Assembly (NCBI GenBank): GCA_035656635.1
Contig: DASRSD010000110.1
Location: 686 to 64,685 of the forward strand
Origin: Pirellulales bacterium
GTDB lineage: Bacteria > Planctomycetota > Planctomycetia > Pirellulales > JADZDJ01
DNA length: 64,000 nt
Reading direction: 5' to 3'
Below, one piece after another: positions 10,961 through 20,520 of the stretch (positions are counted from its first letter, which is position 1; every line of letters starts with the position of its first letter). The position numbers and the translations under genes are program-made. Under the pieces are notes generated by a model that was not told the DNA's origin, did not search any database, and saw nothing but the letters and a program-made list of their open reading frames with translations.

Positions 10961-12760
10961 ATGAGACGAATGCTTAGCGCTGCGCCAGGTTGGTGGCAGA
11001 CGATGGTGTTGCTGTGGTGCGCCGCGGCGCCCCAGATTGTGTTTGCGGCGGACGGCAGCTTGGCCGATTTGATTGATAAAGTGGAGCCTTCCATCGTGCG
11101 CATCGACGTGACGATGGAGCAAGGCAAAGGCGTAGGGAGCGGATACGTGGTGCTGGCCGACGGCGTGTTGGCAACCAACTACCACGTGATTGCCGGCGCC
11201 AGTGAAGCGATGGCCACATTCAAGAACGGGCAACAAGCCAAGGTGGTGGGGACCCTGCTGCTGGATGAGAAGCGCGACATCGCCATTTTGAAAATCGACA
11301 AGCAATCGCTCCCTGTCCTGCCGCTGGCCGATGTGTTGCCCCGGCAGGGAGATTCGGTGGCGGCGTTTGGCGCGCCGGTGGGGCTGTCGTTTTCTGCGAG
11401 CGATGGCATTGTCAGCGCCGTTCGCAGCGGCAAGGAAATTTCCGACGAGGAGGAAATTCCCGGCACCTGGATTCAAACCACGGCCCCCATTTCGCCGGGC
11501 AATAGCGGCGGCCCGCTGGTGAATCGCGAAGGAAAAGTTGTGGCCATGAACACCATGGTGCTGCTCATCGGGCAGAATTTGAATTTTGCGATTTCGTCGC
11601 TCGACGTGGCCGATGCGCTGGAAAAAGCCAAGAATAAGCCCGTATCCGCACTGGCCGACGTGGCCGCCAAAGCCAAGCCGAAAACGCACAAGCGGGCGAA
11701 ATCAAAAAATGAGCTGGCGGCCAAAGATATTCCGGCCGCACAGGTCGATGCGTTCATCAACGCCGGCCAAAAGCATTATAAAGACGCCATCGTCAACGCA
11801 CGCACGAAACTGCGCGAAGCCAACGAAAAGTTGCGGGCCATGAAAAGCGGCACCACGAACAGTCCGTTCGCGCTGCAGGCGAAAGAGCAAGGAGCCGACT
11901 ATTTAATTAACAATGTTCGCGGTCAAAACTTTTATTTGTTTCCCGATTCGGACACAAAGCAAAAGTGCATTGACGAGCAGCAAAAGGTGGCCGGCAAATG
12001 CGACGATTTGGTCAAGAAGCTGGAAGAGCCGCAGCAAGGCATGTTGAACTACCTGAAAAATGCCGGTCCCGAGTTGTCGCTGCAGACCGTGGGAGACGTG
12101 GGCTTTGTTCCCGAGTTAATGGTGGGGCTGATTGACGATGAAGACGAATTCCAAACCGTGTTGGGGCGCATTCCCGTGACGGTTCGCGGCTTGAATACCC
12201 ATAAGCTGGCGATTGGCTCCAAGCTGGACGGCCGGGTGATGTACGTGGCCGACACCGAAACGTACGCGCTGAAATCGACCGAGAACCGCGTGAATGTGTT
12301 CGTGCTGCGCGAGGTGCCCGACGAAGTTCTGTTGGCGCATTTGAAGCCGACGGGCTCTGCTGCGACGGGTTCGGCCAGCACGGCAACCGGTTCCGCAAGC
12401 ACGGCGACGGCTAAAACACCGGCGACTGGCAATTCGGCCACGGCAGCCGGCGGTTTATCAACTGGTGGTTCAGCAGCCGGTGGTTCATCCAGCGCGGCCA
12501 GCGCTACGCCGTCGACGGTCTCTGACTCGACGAGCACAAGCTCCAAAACCGACGCCGGTTCTGCCGCAAAGACGGACGCCAAGATCGACGATTTTCGCAT
12601 GTGGGTCGACAAGACCGGCAAGTTCAAAATAGAAGCGATGTTCGTTGCCAGAGTGGACGACAAAGTGGTGCTGAAGCGCCGCAGCGGCGATATTCTTACC
12701 GTGCCCGCGGCGTCGCTGTCGCAGGCTGACCAAGATTTCTTGAAGGACAAAGCCAAGTAG
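10961..12760 (+). CDS. secreted trypsin-like (S1C/HtrA-type) serine protease with Ser/Thr/Ala-rich linker and C-terminal SHD1 domain
   Basis: Signal peptide, catalytic-region motifs LATNYHVI, DIAILKI and PGNSGGPLVN, and a C-terminal WVDKTGKFKIEAMFV..DDKVVLKRRSGDILTVP..LSQADQDFL (SLA1 homology domain 1 pattern). Confidence 0.85.
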   Translation: MRRMLSAAPGWWQTMVLLWCAAAPQIVFAADGSLADLIDKVEPSIVRIDVTMEQGKGVGSGYVVLADGVLATNYHVIAGASEAMATFKNGQQAKVVGTLLLDEKRDIAILKIDKQSLPVLPLADVLPRQGDSVAAFGAPVGLSFSASDGIVSAVRSGKEISDEEEIPGTWIQTTAPISPGNSGGPLVNREGKVVAMNTMVLLIGQNLNFAISSLDVADALEKAKNKPVSALADVAAKAKPKTHKRAKSKNELAAKDIPAAQVDAFINAGQKHYKDAIVNARTKLREANEKLRAMKSGTTNSPFALQAKEQGADYLINNVRGQNFYLFPDSDTKQKCIDEQQKVAGKCDDLVKKLEEPQQGMLNYLKNAGPELSLQTVGDVGFVPELMVGLIDDEDEFQTVLGRIPVTVRGLNTHKLAIGSKLDGRVMYVADTETYALKSTENRVNVFVLREVPDEVLLAHLKPTGSAATGSASTATGSASTATAKTPATGNSATAAGGLSTGGSAAGGSSSAASATPSTVSDSTSTSSKTDAGSAAKTDAKIDDFRMWVDKTGKFKIEAMFVARVDDKVVLKRRSGDILTVPAASLSQADQDFLKDKAK

Positions 12761-12905
12761 CTACGCAGCCAAGCCAGTTCTGCTACCGTTGCGCGTGGGC
12801 GGCACTTGCTTCCCGCCACAGGCGCGGGTAATCTGGTCGGGAACGTCGGCCGCTTGGCAGGCAAGTGCTTGGGGCTCGACGTTTGCTTTGTCCTGGAGCC
12901 GCCGA

Positions 12906-13136
12906 ATGAAATTCATCGAGATGCGCGGAGTTCAGCTAATGCATTTGCTGGGCCCCGAAGAAATAAAGCCGGAAGAGCTGCGCAAAGCCGGGCTAACCGA
13001 CAAGTGCCTGGTGCGCGTCAATTTACAGGGGGATATCGAAGTCCGCCGCCGCAGCAGTTGGGATGTTATCGGCGGCTTGTTGGGAGATTTCGAACACCGC
13101 ATCAAGCAGGAAACGGGGCTCGATTGGGCGTCTTAA
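12906..13136 (+). CDS. small hypothetical protein
   Basis: 76 aa from the ATG at 12906 (MKFIEMRGVQLMHLL...). The upstream part of the tracked ORF looks non-coding. Confidence 0.5.
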   Translation: MKFIEMRGVQLMHLLGPEEIKPEELRKAGLTDKCLVRVNLQGDIEVRRRSSWDVIGGLLGDFEHRIKQETGLDWAS

Positions 13137-13558
13137 AGCGGGACGCTGTCAAATGCGCTATCGGGCGCATGATTACCGTTGCATTTTCCCTAATTTCGCG
13201 CTGCGAAAATAGCAAAGCTCTTCTGCCACTGGGTTTGTGAAAGTGTATCAGTTTGGCGGAGCGTGCTTTGCCGTTTCCAAATAAACGTAAAAATGAGCCT
13301 GTTTGGTCGCTGGTCCGGTTTGTGCGCGCCGCCATGGCATGGTAAGCTGTGGCAACGCGTGTTTCTAGCTGGCCGGCGTCAACCCAGAACTTACCTACCT
13401 ACCGCTGGGCCGGCATTGGTTCCTGCAATACTGAAGAGGTCGATTGCCACGACCGCTTTGGATTCCGCGATTAGGAAAAATAGGGCGACTTGGAAGCCGC
13501 AGTCGAACCGGGGCTGTTTGGCATCGCCAAGTGATTTGGCCTCCGGAGATTTTTCACC

Positions 13559-16500
13559 GTGCATCTTGACCATTTGCCTGGATCGTTTTTTGGCCCGTCG
13601 AATTTGGTCGATTTATTGCGCCATCGGGCGGCACATCAATCGGCCGACACCGCCTTCATGTATTTAGTGGACGGCGAGACCGACGAAATCGCTTGGAGTT
13701 ATGCCGAATTGGATCGGCGCGTGCGGGCCATTGCCGCCTGGCTGCAATCGCTGGGTTTGCAAGGAGAACGGGCGTTGTTGCTGTATCCGGCCGGGCTCGA
13801 TTTTATCGCAGCTTTTTTTGGGTGCGTGTACGCCGGCGTGGTGGCGGTGCCGGCTTATCCGCCGCGAAAAAACCGCTCGCTGGAGCGCATCGAAGCCATT
13901 GCCGACGATGCCGAAGCCAAAGTCGCCTTGACCACGCAAGAAGTGCTGGGCCGCGTGCAAGGGGTGCTCAGCGAGAATCCTGGCTTAAATTCGCTCCATT
14001 GGGGCGCGACCGATCAATTTCCCGCCGGCATGGAGCGTGATTGGCGCCATCCCGATGTGCACGGCGATACTTTGGCGTTTTTGCAATACACCTCCGGCTC
14101 TACCGGCACTCCCAAAGGCGTGATGCTCAGCCATGCGAATTTGATTCACAACTCGGCGCTCATTTGCCATGCGTTCGAGCATACACGCAGCGGCGTCGGC
14201 GTATTCTGGCTGCCCAGCTACCACGATATGGGCCTGATCGGCGGGATTTTGCAGCCCATGTATTGCGGCCGGCCGAACGTGCTGATGTCGCCCATGTCGT
14301 TTTTGCAAAAACCGTTGCGTTGGATGCGGGCCATCACGCGCTACAAAGGCACGGTCAGCGGCGGGCCGAACTTTGCGTATGATTTGTGCCTGAAGCGCAT
14401 TACGCCGGAAGAACGCGAAACGCTCGATCTCAGCACCTGGTCGCTGGCGTTCAACGGCGCCGAGCCGATCCGCCCGGAAACCCTGGCCGATTTCACGCGC
14501 ACCTTCGCTCCCTGCGGATTCCGCCCGGAAGCGTTTTATCCGTGTTACGGCTTGGCCGAGGCCACCTTGATGGTCACCGGGGGGTTCAAAACGTCTGTGC
14601 CGTTAATTCGCTCGTTTGATGCGAAATCGATCGAGAACAATCAGGCGGTCGATGTCCTGTCCGATGAAGAAGGCGTGCGCACCATCGTCGGCTGCGGGAC
14701 AGCGCTGCTGGATCAGGAAATTGTCATTGTCGATCCCGAGGCCATGGTTCGCCTGCCCGACAGGCGCGTGGGCGAAATTTGGGTGGCCGGCCCCAGCGTG
14801 GCGCAAGGTTATTGGCGGCGGGCGGAAGAATCGGCCAATATGTTTCGCGCTTATTTGAAAGATAGCGATCGCGGACCATACCTGCGCACCGGCGACTTGG
14901 GCTTCGTTTGCGACGGGGAGCTGTTTGTGGCCGGGCGGTTGAAAGATTTAATCATCGTGCATGGCCGCAATCATTATCCGCAAGATATCGAGCAAACCGT
15001 GGAACGGGCCCATCCGCTGTTGCGCTCCGGGGCCAGCGGCGTATTTACGGTGGAAGTGGGAGGCCGGGAACGGCTGGGCGTAGCAGCCGAAATCGAGCGC
15101 GGCCGCAATCGGACCGCGGAAGAGTTGGAAGAAGTGCTGGCCGCCATTCGCCGCGCCGTTTCTGCCGAGCACGAAGTGCCCGTCGATGCCATCCTGCTCA
15201 TCAAAGCCGGCAGCATCCCGAAAACATCCAGCGGCAAAATTCAACGACACGCCTGCCGCAACGGCTTTTTGCGCGGGACCGATTTGGAAGTTGTCGCTCA
15301 ATGGCGCGGTTGGGAAAGCGCAAAGGCCGAGGCATCAGCGGCCGCTTCCGCGGCGTCGATTGCTGCTCCGGTCATTTTGTCGCTCAAGCCGGCGGCGGCC
15401 TCCTCGACCCCGCGCACCGCCGTCGAAGCGCTCTCGGGCACGCCCACCAACGGCCACGGCCCGCGAACCGGCGGCTTGGCCGATCGGCTTCCGCCGGTGT
15501 CGGACGAAACGGCGGCGCTGGTCATGGAGCAAATTGCGCGCGTGGCCAAGGAACGCGCAAAAGGCTTGACGCTCGATTCCAACATTTTGGAAATGAGCAT
15601 GGATTCGCTGGAACGCATGGAAATTGTCGCCGCGCTGGAAGAAACCTTCGGCGGACGCTTTCCGGAGGAGGTGCTGCCCGACATGGTTTTGGTGCGCGAC
15701 GTGGTCGCCGCCGTGGAAAAACATTTGGGGAAAACGCCCCGTAAGCGGCCAGTGGCGCTCGCTTCGGAAATTCCCGCCGCGTATTACAACATCGATCAAT
15801 TTCCCGAATGCTTGGCGCTGGAGCAGCAAAGGAATTTGCTGGAAAGCACCGGCGTCATGAACCCATTCTTCAAGGTTCACGAGCGGGTCATTGACGATAC
15901 CACCGTGATCAACGGCCGCGAGCTCATTAGCTGGTCCAGCTACAATTACCTCGGCATGTCGGGCGATCCGGCGGTGATTGCCGCCGCCAAGGAATCGTTG
16001 GATCGCTACGGCACCAGCGTTTCGGCCAGCCGGCTGGTTTCGGGCGAAAAAACCATTCACCGCCAACTGGAGCAGGCCCTTATCGATTTATTGGGCGTGG
16101 AAGATGCCATTACATTCGTGTGCGGCCACTCCACCAACGAAACAACCATCGGCCACATGTTCGGCCCGGGCGATTTAATTCTGCACGATGCGCTGGCCCA
16201 CAACAGCATTATTCAAGGCGCTATTTTAAGCGGGGCGCGCCGCCGGCCCTTCCCGCACAACGATTGGCAAACGCTGGATCAATTGCTGGGCGAGCTGCGG
16301 CACGAATACCGCCGGGTGCTGATTGCCATTGAGGGCATTTACAGCATGGACGGCGATTATCCCGATCTCCCGCGGTTCATCGAAATTAAAAAGCGGCATA
16401 AAGCCCTGTTGTACATTGACGAAGCCCATTCGCTGGGCGTGATGGGCTTGCACGGCCGAGGCATTGGCGAGCATTTTGATGTGGAGCCCAGCGACGTCGA

Positions 16501-17032
16501 TTTTTGGATGGGCACCATGAGCAAGGGGCTCGGCAGTTCCGGCGGATACATTGCCGGCAAGAAATCGCTGGTGCAGTATATGAAGTACACGGCGCCGGGC
16601 TTCGTGTTCGCCAACGGATTGCCGCCGGTGATTGCCGCCGCCGCGCTGACTGCCCTGCGCGTGCTGGAGGAAGATCCGGAACGGGTCGCTCGGCTGTCGG
16701 CCAACAGCAAGCTGTTTTTGTCGCTAGCCAAAAGCCGCGGCCTGAATACCGGCCGCAGCAAAGATTCGGCCGTGGTGCCGGTCATTTTGGGCAACTCGCT
16801 GCATGCGCTGCAGTTGTCGGAGGCGATGTTCAAACGGGGCATTAACGTACAGCCGATTCTGCACCCGGCCGTGGAGGAAAGCGCGGCCCGGCTAAGATTT
16901 TTCGTCACGGCCAAGCACACCGAGGAGCAAATACGCAAAACCGTGGATGCGGTCACCGAGGAATTGAAGAAAATCGATCCTTCCCATCTGCGGCATCACG
17001 GCGCGGCGGAATCGCAGCGCCTGAAAATTTGA
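13559..17032 (+). CDS. tri-domain fatty acyl-AMP ligase / acyl carrier protein / alpha-oxoamine synthase (serine palmitoyltransferase-like) fusion
   Basis: FAAL part: LQYTSGSTGTPKGVMLSH, GDLGF..GELFVAGRLKDLIIVHGRNHYPQDIE, SSGKIQR. ACP part: LEMSMDSLERMEIV, with the Ser codon at 15605-15607. PLP part: SYNYLGMSGDP, IDEAHSLGVMG, TMSKGLGSSGGY, with the Lys codon at 16523-16525. Confidence 0.9.
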   Translation: MHLDHLPGSFFGPSNLVDLLRHRAAHQSADTAFMYLVDGETDEIAWSYAELDRRVRAIAAWLQSLGLQGERALLLYPAGLDFIAAFFGCVYAGVVAVPAYPPRKNRSLERIEAIADDAEAKVALTTQEVLGRVQGVLSENPGLNSLHWGATDQFPAGMERDWRHPDVHGDTLAFLQYTSGSTGTPKGVMLSHANLIHNSALICHAFEHTRSGVGVFWLPSYHDMGLIGGILQPMYCGRPNVLMSPMSFLQKPLRWMRAITRYKGTVSGGPNFAYDLCLKRITPEERETLDLSTWSLAFNGAEPIRPETLADFTRTFAPCGFRPEAFYPCYGLAEATLMVTGGFKTSVPLIRSFDAKSIENNQAVDVLSDEEGVRTIVGCGTALLDQEIVIVDPEAMVRLPDRRVGEIWVAGPSVAQGYWRRAEESANMFRAYLKDSDRGPYLRTGDLGFVCDGELFVAGRLKDLIIVHGRNHYPQDIEQTVERAHPLLRSGASGVFTVEVGGRERLGVAAEIERGRNRTAEELEEVLAAIRRAVSAEHEVPVDAILLIKAGSIPKTSSGKIQRHACRNGFLRGTDLEVVAQWRGWESAKAEASAAASAASIAAPVILSLKPAAASSTPRTAVEALSGTPTNGHGPRTGGLADRLPPVSDETAALVMEQIARVAKERAKGLTLDSNILEMSMDSLERMEIVAALEETFGGRFPEEVLPDMVLVRDVVAAVEKHLGKTPRKRPVALASEIPAAYYNIDQFPECLALEQQRNLLESTGVMNPFFKVHERVIDDTTVINGRELISWSSYNYLGMSGDPAVIAAAKESLDRYGTSVSASRLVSGEKTIHRQLEQALIDLLGVEDAITFVCGHSTNETTIGHMFGPGDLILHDALAHNSIIQGAILSGARRRPFPHNDWQTLDQLLGELRHEYRRVLIAIEGIYSMDGDYPDLPRFIEIKKRHKALLYIDEAHSLGVMGLHGRGIGEHFDVEPSDVDFWMGTMSKGLGSSGGYIAGKKSLVQYMKYTAPGFVFANGLPPVIAAAALTALRVLEEDPERVARLSANSKLFLSLAKSRGLNTGRSKDSAVVPVILGNSLHALQLSEAMFKRGINVQPILHPAVEESAARLRFFVTAKHTEEQIRKTVDAVTEELKKIDPSHLRHHGAAESQRLKI

Positions 17033-17149
17033 CCGACGCTCGAGGTCGGTTCGTAATTATAATGACATTGCAAATCCGCAAGCGGATGGATTTCGAGGCG
17101 ATTCTTCCCATTTGAATCCCGATCCCTAACCTGCCCCTGGCCGTCCCCA

Positions 17150-17608
17150 GTGTCCAACGTCACGCTCACTCATCGCCTGATTCTGCCGGTCGATTCCAAT
17201 CATCACGGCACGCTATACGCCGGCTCGCTGATGCGGATTGCTTTGGAAGCGGCCTATGGCACGGCATTTCGATTTATTGGTGACGACGCCAACCTGCTGC
17301 TGCGCCGCGTGCTTAGCATCGAATGCTACAAGCCGGTGCCGGTGGGCTCCTTCGTGGAAATTCGCGGAGTGATTTTGCATGTCACCCGGGCGTATTTGGT
17401 CACCGGGCTCATCGGCGCCGCGCTGCCGGGGCAAAGCGGTCCTTGGATGGATGCCCTGTTCGGCTTTGCCCAAGTGGACGACGACGGCCGAGCCACGGAA
17501 TTTCCCGGCGATTTAACCGTTTCCGCGCCGGCCGCCGAATGGCGCAAGCTTCAAGAGCGCATGAAAAAGCTGCTGCGAATTCGCGGTCGCAACGGCGGCG
17601 AAAAATAG
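17150..17608 (+). CDS. hotdog-fold acyl-CoA/acyl-ACP thioesterase
   Basis: 152 aa, GTG start. VDSNHHGTLYAGSLMRIALEAAY is typical of 4HBT/Acot-type hotdog thioesterases. Confidence 0.7.
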   Translation: MSNVTLTHRLILPVDSNHHGTLYAGSLMRIALEAAYGTAFRFIGDDANLLLRRVLSIECYKPVPVGSFVEIRGVILHVTRAYLVTGLIGAALPGQSGPWMDALFGFAQVDDDGRATEFPGDLTVSAPAAEWRKLQERMKKLLRIRGRNGGEK

Positions 17609-17701
17609 CGCGATATGAATGGGGAATGGGGAGTGTGGAGTGCGGGCTGCGGAACGTTAGGCGCGCAGCGATGACCGATATAATGACGAGGCATCGATTC
17701 C

Positions 17702-18064
17702 ATGGCCGATCTCATTTTTAAACCGACCGTCATCGAGGCTGCCGGCAACAAGCCCAAGCTCATCGAGGAATTTTTCGGCCGGGTGAATTCGCAAACGGAA
17801 GCCCTAAGCGTGGCCCGCATGAATAGCCCGCCCGGCTGGGTCGAGCCGGGCCAAACGCCCGATTTCGACGAATATACCGTGGTGTTGCGCGGACTGCTGC
17901 GGGTAACTACTCGGGAAAAAGCCTTCGATGTGCGCGCCGGGCAGGCCATTCTGGCGCCGCGCGGTCAGTGGGTGCAATACAGCACGCCGGAGGCCGAAGG
18001 GGCCGAATACATTGCGGTGTGCTTGCCGGCATTCTCGCCGCAAACCGTTCACCGCGATGGCTAG
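17702..18064 (+). CDS. cupin domain protein
   Basis: 120 aa with a small beta-barrel pattern (EYTVVLRGLLRV....RAGQAILAPRGQWVQYS). No metal-ligand His cluster is evident. Confidence 0.65.
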   Translation: MADLIFKPTVIEAAGNKPKLIEEFFGRVNSQTEALSVARMNSPPGWVEPGQTPDFDEYTVVLRGLLRVTTREKAFDVRAGQAILAPRGQWVQYSTPEAEGAEYIAVCLPAFSPQTVHRDG

Positions 18065-18072
18065 CGGGGTAG

Positions 18073-18114
18073 CCGGAAGGCCACGCCTTCCGGTCCGGTC
18101 GCCGCGGCGACCGG
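18073..18114. terminator. twin GC hairpins between convergent genes (possible bidirectional terminator)
   Basis: ccggaagg-ccacg-ccttccgg (18073-18093) and ccggtcgc-cgcg-gcgaccgg (18095-18114), nested inside tagccgg...ccggcta. No U tract. Confidence 0.4.
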
Positions 18115-18128
18115 CTATTGCTACAACA

Positions 18129-18551
18129 TCAATCATCCGCACGCGGGCGGCGGCGTTGCTGCTTTTTCAAAGAATGCGAGCTTTTTTCGACACGGCGGCG
18201 TTGACGGGAAGCCTTGGTCGGCCTGGTTGGGCGTCGCCGCTTGGGAGGAATGGCGACGGCGGCGATCAGTTCGCGCAGCTTCTCCAAGCAATCGCGCTGG
18301 TTTTGGCCCTGCTCGCGGAAGCGCTGGCTGTTGATCACAATTTCGCCGCCGCCGGTCATGCGCCGGCCATAACGTGCCAAAAACCGTTCGCGCACATCGC
18401 TGGGCAGGCTGGAGCTGGCGCGCACGGCCCATCGCAGCACGGCTTTGGTGTTCACCTTGTTCACGTTTTGTCCGCCGGGGCCCGAGCTGCGCGCGTACGA
18501 GAACCGCAGCTCCTCGTCGGGAATGCGAATCCGGGAAGAGACAAACAGCAT
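18129..18551 (-). CDS. arfB: alternative ribosome-rescue factor ArfB (peptidyl-tRNA hydrolase, GGQ domain)
   Basis: RFSYARSSGPGGQNVNKVNTKAVLRW GGQ motif and a basic C-terminal tail. The start was trimmed to M39 of the tracked ORF (18551). Confidence 0.85.
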   Translation of the reverse strand: MLFVSSRIRIPDEELRFSYARSSGPGGQNVNKVNTKAVLRWAVRASSSLPSDVRERFLARYGRRMTGGGEIVINSQRFREQGQNQRDCLEKLRELIAAVAIPPKRRRPTRPTKASRQRRRVEKSSHSLKKQQRRRPRADD

Positions 18552-18558
18552 GCACGCC

Positions 18559-19392
18559 TCACGAAGTAACAAGTTGAGCAAACGCCGATTGGCTCTCGCG
18601 CAGCAAACTCTCGTAATTGTCGGGCAACATTTCGTCGCCGAACAACTCGATGTCAAAATCGCCATCGTAGCCGCCGTCGCATAAAGCGGAAACCAATTCT
18701 TTCAGCGGCACGCAGCCCTGGCCCAAAGGCGTGCGATGCTGTTCTTCATCAGGCGGATGTCCGTCAGCCAAATGCACAATGGCAATGCGCTGAGCCAGCC
18801 GCCGCGCTTGATCGAGTACTCCCTCGAAGCTGCCGGAATAGTAGGTATCGAACGAGAGCCGCACTTGCGGGCTTTCGACTTGCTCGATGATCGAAACCGC
18901 TTCCTCCAGCGATGTCAGAAACGTGCAATCGCAAGCGCAGGCCGGGTGCACGGGCTCCAGCGCCAGCACCACGCCATATTCGCCGGCGACGGGGCCCAAT
19001 TCTTTCAGCGCCCCGGTGAGCAACCGCCGGGCGTGGCTGTGCGTGTGGCCGGCCCGGGCCCCGCTGTAAATGACCAGGCATTTGGCTTGCATGGCCGAGG
19101 CCAGTTGAATGGCATCCACGGCGTCGTCGATGCTTTCACGGTAGGTATGCCCTTCGCTGCCCGTGAAGCCGCCGGCCCACAACAGATTGGAAACCGCTAA
19201 GCCCGAGTGTTTGAGCAGCTCGATGCCGCGCTGTTCGCCAAAATCGGAAAGCTTGCGCCGCCACACGCCAATGGCTGGAATGCCGGCAGCGCAGTAGTGC
19301 CGCACATCTTCCTCGAACGACCAACGGTAGGTCGTCATTTCATTCATCGAAAGTCGGGGCATGGGCAACTCCGTGCCGGGCGTAACTGTCAC
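18559..19392 (-). CDS. sugar phosphate isomerase/epimerase (xylose isomerase-like TIM barrel)
   Basis: 277 aa with the AP-endonuclease-2/xylose-isomerase-like pattern (LALEPVHP, VHLADG). Confidence 0.75.
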   Translation of the reverse strand: MTVTPGTELPMPRLSMNEMTTYRWSFEEDVRHYCAAGIPAIGVWRRKLSDFGEQRGIELLKHSGLAVSNLLWAGGFTGSEGHTYRESIDDAVDAIQLASAMQAKCLVIYSGARAGHTHSHARRLLTGALKELGPVAGEYGVVLALEPVHPACACDCTFLTSLEEAVSIIEQVESPQVRLSFDTYYSGSFEGVLDQARRLAQRIAIVHLADGHPPDEEQHRTPLGQGCVPLKELVSALCDGGYDGDFDIELFGDEMLPDNYESLLRESQSAFAQLVTS

Positions 19393-19492
19393 TCCGTCGT
19401 GAGCGGCGTTGCCGGCAGGGCTGGTGGAGGCTGCCGCAAATTATCGCCATTTCCGCGCGAAATAGTATGCGACATCGGAGCAGATGTGTAAA

Positions 19493-19559
19493 GCAGAAGG
19501 TGGTAAGCGGTAGGCAGAAGGTGGTAAGCGGTAGGCAGAATGCAGAAGATAGAAAGCGG
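19493..19559. repeat. 21-bp tandem repeat x2 plus a degenerate third unit, with 7-nt periodicity
   Basis: gcagaaggtggtaagcggtag occurs at 19493-19513 and again at 19514-19534, then gcagaatgcagaagatagaaagcgg. Related to the GCAGAAA satellite. Confidence 0.85.
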
Positions 19560-19587
19560 TGGACCAAGGGCGGACACGACAATGCCG

Positions 19588-20520
19588 CTATTTCTTGTCC
19601 CGCAAATTCCAGGCTTCCAGCCAATCTTCCCCCGCGCGCTGCAAGTGAAACTCGGCGCATGCGCGAGGCTCCATGTCGGGCATGTGGCCCCCGCCATAAA
19701 AAATGGCGATTTTTTTCTTTCCCGCCGCAATTTGCTCGCCCAGCACTTTGAGTGCCGCTTTATTTCGCTCGGTAATGAGTGTGGAGCCGTCGGGACCGTT
19801 GAAGGCCGTCATGATGGTATCCATGTCGGAAAACTCCTCGGCCATAATCCGCTTGAGCTTAACCGCCCGATCGTGATCGAACAGCGCCAACAGCACATCC
19901 AACTCATCGGCTTTCCCGGGATTGCTGGCTTGCTTCACCATGCCGGCCGCCATTAAGCGCATGAAAATGGTCCAAAAGCTTTCGCCTCGATCTTTCATCG
20001 ACTGGGCAAACTGATCGGGCGAAAAATCGGCGTGCACAAAATTCTGTTTGGTGTAATCGATGCCCGAGAGCTGGTATTCCAACTCCAGCAAATCTTTCAT
20101 GGCATTTTGCAGCGACGAAAGCAGATTCCGGTTGCGATCGGGCCCGCCTTTGGGAATGACGGTTCCCTCGGGGGCGACCAGCTCGTACAGCACCACATCG
20201 TAATTTTCGAACTGCTTGTTCAGCGCGGCGTAGAAATTTGGTTCGGCCACGTGCACGGCGCTGACCAAATCGACCTGCAAACCAGGCCGATCGTTTCCCA
20301 CGGGAACCAAGTGGACAATGGAAGTTTCCAGCGCCAGCGGATTTCCATGCTCGTCATATTTTACCCGGACATACTGATTTTTATTGTGCGCGGTTGTCTT
20401 GGCGGCATCGGGACGATTCTGGGGAGACTGAGCAAGTGCAATCCACGTGGCGACGCACACGGTTGCCACCAGCGCCAGTGGCAAAACAATCCAAATTTTT
20501 CGGGACTGGGGTGCTGACAT
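19588..20520 (-). CDS. TraB/GumN-like family protein with N-terminal signal anchor
   Basis: VSAVHVAEPNFY...YDVVLYELV and IAIFYGGGHM resemble TraB/GumN motifs. The start was trimmed to MSAPQSRKIWIVLPLALV (20520). Confidence 0.5.
   Translation of the reverse strand: MSAPQSRKIWIVLPLALVATVCVATWIALAQSPQNRPDAAKTTAHNKNQYVRVKYDEHGNPLALETSIVHLVPVGNDRPGLQVDLVSAVHVAEPNFYAALNKQFENYDVVLYELVAPEGTVIPKGGPDRNRNLLSSLQNAMKDLLELEYQLSGIDYTKQNFVHADFSPDQFAQSMKDRGESFWTIFMRLMAAGMVKQASNPGKADELDVLLALFDHDRAVKLKRIMAEEFSDMDTIMTAFNGPDGSTLITERNKAALKVLGEQIAAGKKKIAIFYGGGHMPDMEPRACAEFHLQRAGEDWLEAWNLRDKK

Noticed and set aside
10404-11689. Minus-strand ORFs of 169 aa and 264 aa spanning the palindromic repeat and the 5' part of the protease gene.
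   Set aside because: They run through repeat DNA and are antisense to a well-supported protease gene. No motifs were found.
18552-18665. N-terminal extensions of tracked ORFs: arfB to 18665, 19588-20757, 56173-57000, 54366-56210, 30480-31994, 35061-36122, 22865-23731 and 51947-53191.
   Set aside because: The extensions overlap neighbouring genes or lack coding character. Internal ATG codons that restore canonical family N-termini or signal peptides were used instead.
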